DNA from: Calditrichales bacterium
Lineage (GTDB): Bacteria; Calditrichota; Calditrichia; Calditrichales; J004
DNA length: 64,000 nt
Reading direction: 5' to 3'
Assembly: GCA_965267575.1 (NCBI GenBank)
Contig: OZ254086.1
Coordinates: 1,760,001-1,824,000, forward strand
Numbering within the stretch: the stretch's first letter is position 1; each line of letters starts with the position of its first letter. Made by a program: the position numbers and the translations under genes. This document shows positions 59,162 to 64,000 of this stretch, in pieces. The notes beneath the pieces are model-generated. The model ran no database searches and was not told the origin of the DNA. It was given only the letters and a program-made list of their open reading frames with translations.

Positions 59162-60664
59162 ATGGAATTTTCAGTAGCGGATCAGATTATCGTTTTTGTG
59201 TACCTGCTGGCGGTGGCATTGATCGGTTCGTTTTCCGGCGGAAAACAGCGCACCACGCGCGATTACTTTCTGGGCGGCAAGAGCGTGCCCTGGTGGGCCG
59301 TGGCGTTTTCCATTGTGGCCGCGGAGACCAGCAGCCTCACCTTTATTTCCATTCCCGGGTTGGCTTATGTTGCCAACCTTAATTTTTTGCAGCTAACGAT
59401 AGGCTTCTTGCTGGCGCGCGTCATAATCGCCCTGGTTTTTCTGCCGGCATACGCAAAGGGCGAAATGGAAACGGCTTACTCTTTTCTGGAAAATCGCTTT
59501 GGTCATGGCATCCGGCGCTATGCCAGTACCGTTTTTATCTTTACGCGCCTTGCGGCCGACGGCGTGCGGCTGTTTTCCACCGCCATTCCGCTGGCGCTTA
59601 TCTTCAAAACAGCGGCCGCTTTCCAAACCTGGTCAGATACACAGATCTATATTGCCGCTATCGCCATTATCGGGATTGTGTCGCTGCTGTACACCTACAG
59701 CGGGGGCGTAAAGGGCGTTATCTGGGCAGACGTACTGCAAATGACGATCTATGTGGGCGGCGCTTTCCTGGCCCTGTGGATACTGCTGGATGAGCCCGGC
59801 GTTTCGCTGGCGCCGGCCATCGCGCAGGGTAAAACGGCATTGTTTAATTTTGACTTCGGTGACTCCATTGCCGCCTTTTTCCGCGAACCTTACACGCTGG
59901 TGGCCTCACTGCTGGGTGGTACGTTTCTCTCCATGGCTTCGCACGGCACAGACCAGCTTATCGTTCAACGCCTGCTGACAACGCGCACGCTAAAAGACGG
60001 CCAGAAGGCGATTGTGGCCAGCGGTGCGCTGGTTATTGGCCAGTTCACACTGTTTTTATTTATCGGATTGTTTTTGTACTCCTTTTACAACGGTGTGGCC
60101 ATTGGCGCGGACGGTGCCCCGTTCAGCAAACCCGATGAAATCTTTCCTCTTTTTATCATTAATAATTTACCGTCCGGCGCCCGCGGGCTGATCATTGCCG
60201 GGCTTTTTGCGGCGGCCATGTCCACGCTTGCCGGCTCCATGAGCTCCATCTCGTCCGCGCTGGTGATGGATATTCTTAAGCCACGCCTGCCGCAACTGGA
60301 TGACGCGCGGGCATTAAAGCTTTCACGCTGGATGACTGTTGTGATGGCCTTTGTGCTGATCGCTGTGGCGCTGCTGTTTATTCAGCTTACGCAATCGGTT
60401 GTGGAGATTGCCCTGGGAATTGCTTCCATTACCTATGGCGGGTTGCTGGGCACGTTCCTCTTGGGCATGCTGTTTAAGGATGTGGATGCGAAGGGAGCCT
60501 ACTATGGGTTTACCGCCGGGATTATTGTCATGGCTGTTATCGCGCTGATCCCTGTTTTTGGCGGACAGGCTATTGTGCATTGGACATGGTATGTACTCAT
60601 CGGCACCGTGGTTACGATGAGCGTGGGCAAGTTGACGCAAAAGGTAAAGAAGGCGGCGCAATAG
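59162..60664 (+). CDS. Sodium:solute symporter (SSS family)
   Basis: YFLGGKS, AETSSLTFISIPG, GTDQLIVQRLL and AAAMSTL motifs. Confidence 0.92.
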   Translation: MEFSVADQIIVFVYLLAVALIGSFSGGKQRTTRDYFLGGKSVPWWAVAFSIVAAETSSLTFISIPGLAYVANLNFLQLTIGFLLARVIIALVFLPAYAKGEMETAYSFLENRFGHGIRRYASTVFIFTRLAADGVRLFSTAIPLALIFKTAAAFQTWSDTQIYIAAIAIIGIVSLLYTYSGGVKGVIWADVLQMTIYVGGAFLALWILLDEPGVSLAPAIAQGKTALFNFDFGDSIAAFFREPYTLVASLLGGTFLSMASHGTDQLIVQRLLTTRTLKDGQKAIVASGALVIGQFTLFLFIGLFLYSFYNGVAIGADGAPFSKPDEIFPLFIINNLPSGARGLIIAGLFAAAMSTLAGSMSSISSALVMDILKPRLPQLDDARALKLSRWMTVVMAFVLIAVALLFIQLTQSVVEIALGIASITYGGLLGTFLLGMLFKDVDAKGAYYGFTAGIIVMAVIALIPVFGGQAIVHWTWYVLIGTVVTMSVGKLTQKVKKAAQ

Positions 60665-60684
60665 GGGGCCGGTTCGGTGTGGTT

Positions 60685-60738
60685 GGGCTGAAGCCCTACT
60701 TGGGTGTAGGTTTTTATCCACGATCTGAAGATCGTGGC
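60685..60738 (-). repeat. REP-like palindrome, copy 2, with adjacent GGGCTGAAGCCC hairpin
   Basis: 27-bp exact inverted match to 49188-49214. Confidence 0.85.
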
Positions 60739-60796
60739 AATATCATGTGGCTCTTGATTAAGAAAATGAAAAAGAGATGTGTAAAGACGGCTTAAG

Positions 60797-60872
60797 AATG
60801 ATCATGATCAGGAGCATGATCATGATCAAGTTAAAGTACACTAACACACTAACACCTTAAAACCTTAACACA
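60797..60872. repeat. Hexamer array followed by octamer array
   Basis: AATGAT CATGAT CAGGAG CATGAT CATGAT; then TAACACAC TAACACCT TAAAACCT TAACACA. Confidence 0.7.
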
Positions 60873-60878
60873 TCTGAT

Positions 60879-62546
60879 TTACTCATCCGGTTGTTTCCAC
60901 TCCAGCAGAATGCGGGCTACGTTGGTGGCGTGGCCGCTGATGCGCCGAAATTGTTCGATCAGGTCCTGGTGCACTTCACTGGTGGCTTCGCTTTCGGCCA
61001 CCTCGCTGCGCAGACGCTGGTAATGCGTGCGCATAAACTCCCAACTCATCGAGCGGTATTTTTTGTGTTTCTGCTTCATGGCGCGTGCTTTTTCCAGATT
61101 CACTTCATCAAACACATCCAGTGCGCGGGAGATCTGTTTCAGAGCCCGTTCGTGAAAATCAAGCAGCTCTTTTTGGCCTTCCTCCGAAAAAGATAGATTG
61201 TTGGCCAGCCAGCTTTCCGAGCGCGGCAAAATTATCTTGGTGATAATATCGCCGATCTGCTCGAATTCCGTCACCGTGTACATGATCTGAAATGCCTCGT
61301 CGGTTTGCTTGGATGGAATGCTTTGCCGGGTGATGCGTGTCAGGTAATCTTCAACCTGCGCCGTCAGATCGTTTATCTGGTTCTCACCATGGATAATTTC
61401 ATTAATCACCTCCTGGTTATGCTCCGTAAACGGAAGGATCGCCTTGCGCGTGTTTTCCTGCACCAGGTTGCCGATGCGCAGCGCTTCTGCCTTGGCCAGG
61501 TTAAGCGCCAGGGCCGGCGTGCCCAACACGCCCTTGTCCAGATATTTGGGCGCGATTTCCAGATGATGATCGGGCCGGTCCGGTAGCAGCTTTTCTATCA
61601 GCAGTGTGGCGGGTCGCACGAAAGGCAGCAGGATCAACGCCGTGGCCAGGTTAAAAATTGTGTGGGCGTTGGCGATCTCTCGTGGCACCACCTGGCTGAT
61701 TGCGTCGGCCGTCGTACCGGGAGAGACAGAGCGGATCAGCTCGGCAAAGCCGGGCATCCAGAATATAAACAGCAGCATTCCGAATACTTTGATTAGTGTG
61801 TGGGCCAGGGCTACGCGTTTGGCCTCCCGCCGCGCTCCGATAACCGCCAGACCGGCTGTAATGCTGGTGCCGATGTTTGAGCCCAGCACGAGCGGAATGC
61901 CGGCTTCCAGCGTTAAAAGTCCCTGGCTGGCCAGGACGATCAAAATGCCTGTAAAAGCGCTGGAGCTTTGAATAACAGCCGTAAATATCACACCGATGCC
62001 GATGCCGGCCAATGGATTTTCCAAACGGGTCAAAATATCAACAAAAGGTTGGTAAGAGCGCAGAGGGTCCATGGACCGGCTCATAATTTCCATGCCGAAA
62101 AAGAGCAATCCAAAGCCGAATATGGTTTCGCCAATGGTTTTAAGACGCGGGTTATCAGCAAGAAACTGCATACCAATACCTACAGCGACAAAAAGCAGGG
62201 AATACTCCGTTAGCTTAAACGCAACGATTTGCGCGGTAATGGTCGTGCCAATATTGGCGCCCAGCACAATACTGAAGGATTGCCCGAATCCGATCAGGCC
62301 GGCTTGAACCAATCCAACCAGCATTACGCTGCTGGCGCTGCTGCTCTGGATCAGCATGGTAACGGCCGCACCCGTAGTTAACCCGTAAAAGCGGTTTTCG
62401 GTAAGCCTGCTGAGAATAGTCCGCAGTTTGTCGCCGGCGGCCTTTTTCAGTCCGCTGCTCATCAGGTTCATACCGTACAGGAAAAAGCCCAGGCCCCCGG
62501 CAACACCAATGATCAGCTGAAACCAGTTTATGCTGTTTTGTGTCAT
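60879..62546 (-). CDS. Na/Pi cotransporter family protein with PhoU-like C-terminal domains
   Basis: Two QSSS repeats, GANIGTT and GSNIGTS, EQIGD. Confidence 0.92.
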   Translation of the reverse strand: MTQNSINWFQLIIGVAGGLGFFLYGMNLMSSGLKKAAGDKLRTILSRLTENRFYGLTTGAAVTMLIQSSSASSVMLVGLVQAGLIGFGQSFSIVLGANIGTTITAQIVAFKLTEYSLLFVAVGIGMQFLADNPRLKTIGETIFGFGLLFFGMEIMSRSMDPLRSYQPFVDILTRLENPLAGIGIGVIFTAVIQSSSAFTGILIVLASQGLLTLEAGIPLVLGSNIGTSITAGLAVIGARREAKRVALAHTLIKVFGMLLFIFWMPGFAELIRSVSPGTTADAISQVVPREIANAHTIFNLATALILLPFVRPATLLIEKLLPDRPDHHLEIAPKYLDKGVLGTPALALNLAKAEALRIGNLVQENTRKAILPFTEHNQEVINEIIHGENQINDLTAQVEDYLTRITRQSIPSKQTDEAFQIMYTVTEFEQIGDIITKIILPRSESWLANNLSFSEEGQKELLDFHERALKQISRALDVFDEVNLEKARAMKQKHKKYRSMSWEFMRTHYQRLRSEVAESEATSEVHQDLIEQFRRISGHATNVARILLEWKQPDE

Positions 62547-62673
62547 TTACGGACACCCGTCACTAAAAATTGAACAAATACCTTCACTGTCACTTTTATG
62601 TCTCATCTTTCAACATCTACACACGAAAATGTCAATTAATTTAATTACCATTCCAAGATTGATAAAATACAAA

Positions 62674-64000
62674 ATGCCAGTAAACAGACAATTACAAGCA
62701 CAGGTAGACTACGATCTATTAAAACGCGGCATACAGGGTATTTACGTCTACCCGCTGGTTTACTTTTTGGTTACCATACCGGGTATGTATTTTTTTGAGC
62801 ACCTAAGCTCCACGGCCGTGATCTTGTTTTTATTTATAATCAGCGGCATATACCGTTTTGTGGTAAACAAATTATTTAAAAGTATTTACCGGACAAATCC
62901 GCATTTGTGGCGCAGGCTTTTTATTGGCGGTGTGGTAAGTTGCGGTTTGATATGGGCTTTTTCCGGTATCCCCTTTGTGGTTATAAATCCCGACAAAATG
63001 AGCGCCCTGCTGTACCTTAGTGGATGCGCAGGCCTGGCTGCCGGCGGTTCCAGTTCGTTTGCGCCCAATAAAAAACTGATGCGTTTTTATATCAGCTCCA
63101 TCCTTCTTCCTTTACCGGTTTACAGTTTTTTTATGACCGATAATATCAGTCTTACGGCTGCAGGTGGCGCTTTTGTGCTGATGATCTTTTTCTGGATAAA
63201 CGGCTCCAAACTGCACAGCGAATACTGGCGCGCGTTGCATAATAACCAAAAACTGGAACAACAGACACACGAGCTGAAACGGGCACGCGCCGAAGCGGAA
63301 AACGCGATGCAGGCCAAATCTGAATTCCTGGCCAACATGAGCCACGAAATACGCACACCGATGAATGCGATCATCGCCTCGGGCGACCTTTTGCGGCAAA
63401 CGAGGCTGAGCCTGGAGCAGAGCGAATACAGCGAAACCATTATTAACGGTGGCGAGCAGCTACTGGACCTGATTAATGCAATACTTGATTTTTCAAAGCT
63501 GGAAGCCAACAAGATGGAATTGGAGAGCATCCCGGTTGATATGTGTAAATGCATGGAAGCTTCGGTTGAGATTGTAAGTATGAACGCGACACGCAAAGGG
63601 CTGGAACTGATTTACGATATAGATGATGACGTGCCGGCCGTTATAGAGGGTGACAAAGCGCGCCTGCAGCAGGTATTGATAAATCTGCTCGGGAATGCCA
63701 TAAAGTTTACCGAAGAAGGTTATGTGCGTTTGCGCGTAAGCCGTATGGACGCGAGCGAAGAAAAGACACGTTTAAGATTTGCCGTGGAGGACAGTGGCAT
63801 AGGCATTGAAAAAGAAAGGATAAACGCTCTCTTTGATCCTTTTGTGCAGGCTGATAATTCCATGACACGACGCTATGGCGGCACCGGTCTGGGGTTGGCT
63901 ATCTCCCATAAAATTGTAGAACTGATGGGCGGCGAAATGGATGTGCAGAGCGAACCGGGCAAAGGGTCGGTCTTTTCGTTTGAGATAGCCGTTAAGAGCG
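62674..64000 (+). CDS. Membrane sensor histidine kinase, probably hybrid type; truncated by the window edge and absent from the ORF track
   Basis: Manual translation of frame 1 shows several transmembrane helices, then [36 protein letters not shown] and GGTGLGL. Alternative start at 62629. Confidence 0.9.
   Translation, partial: MPVNRQLQAQVDYDLLKRGIQGIYVYPLVYFLVTIPGMYFFEHLSSTAVILFLFIISGIYRFVVNKLFKSIYRTNPHLWRRLFIGGVVSCGLIWAFSGIPFVVINPDKMSALLYLSGCAGLAAGGSSSFAPNKKLMRFYISSILLPLPVYSFFMTDNISLTAAGGAFVLMIFFWINGSKLHSEYWRALHNNQKLEQQTHELKRARAEAENAMQAKSEFLANMSHEIRTPMNAIIASGDLLRQTRLSLEQSEYSETIINGGEQLLDLINAILDFSKLEANKMELESIPVDMCKCMEASVEIVSMNATRKGLELIYDIDDDVPAVIEGDKARLQQVLINLLGNAIKFTEEGYVRLRVSRMDASEEKTRLRFAVEDSGIGIEKERINALFDPFVQADNSMTRRYGGTGLGLAISHKIVELMGGEMDVQSEPGKGSVFSFEIAVKS

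Noticed and set aside
62587..62604. Pho-box-like CTGTCAC-TTTT-ATGTCTC near the Na/Pi cotransporter
   Set aside because: The second half-site is poor and the orientation is opposite to the transporter gene.

Overview
This is a bacterial chromosomal window with moderate GC, almost entirely protein-coding (about 47 CDS). An S8 protease with a 'QNTPNPFN...SGVYFY' C-terminal sorting domain, AddAB and the LptD type suggest a Calditrichota/FCB-like organism; that assignment is inference only. Gene content: a disaccharide-use cluster (GH100-like hydrolase, two SSS symporters, PfkB kinase, Nth1-like trehalase), redox, protease and transglutaminase lipoprotein genes, djlA-DUF1232-PLP enzyme-histidine kinase-addB-addA, an MFS transporter, two Crp-family genes, an RND efflux triad, metG-tatD-rsmA-mgtE, prmC-rnr-lptD, tex, a Na/Pi cotransporter, and a sensor kinase running off the right edge. 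I found no rRNA, tRNA, CRISPR array, transposase, integrase or reverse transcriptase. The unexplained structure is intergenic. There are degenerate tandem arrays of period 6, 7 and 8, often in inverted pairs and often starting at stop codons, plus two families of REP-like palindromes. The clearest case is a metal-dependent hydrolase gene enclosed by colinear inverted octamer arrays (49290-50411) that could close its mRNA into a periodic stem.
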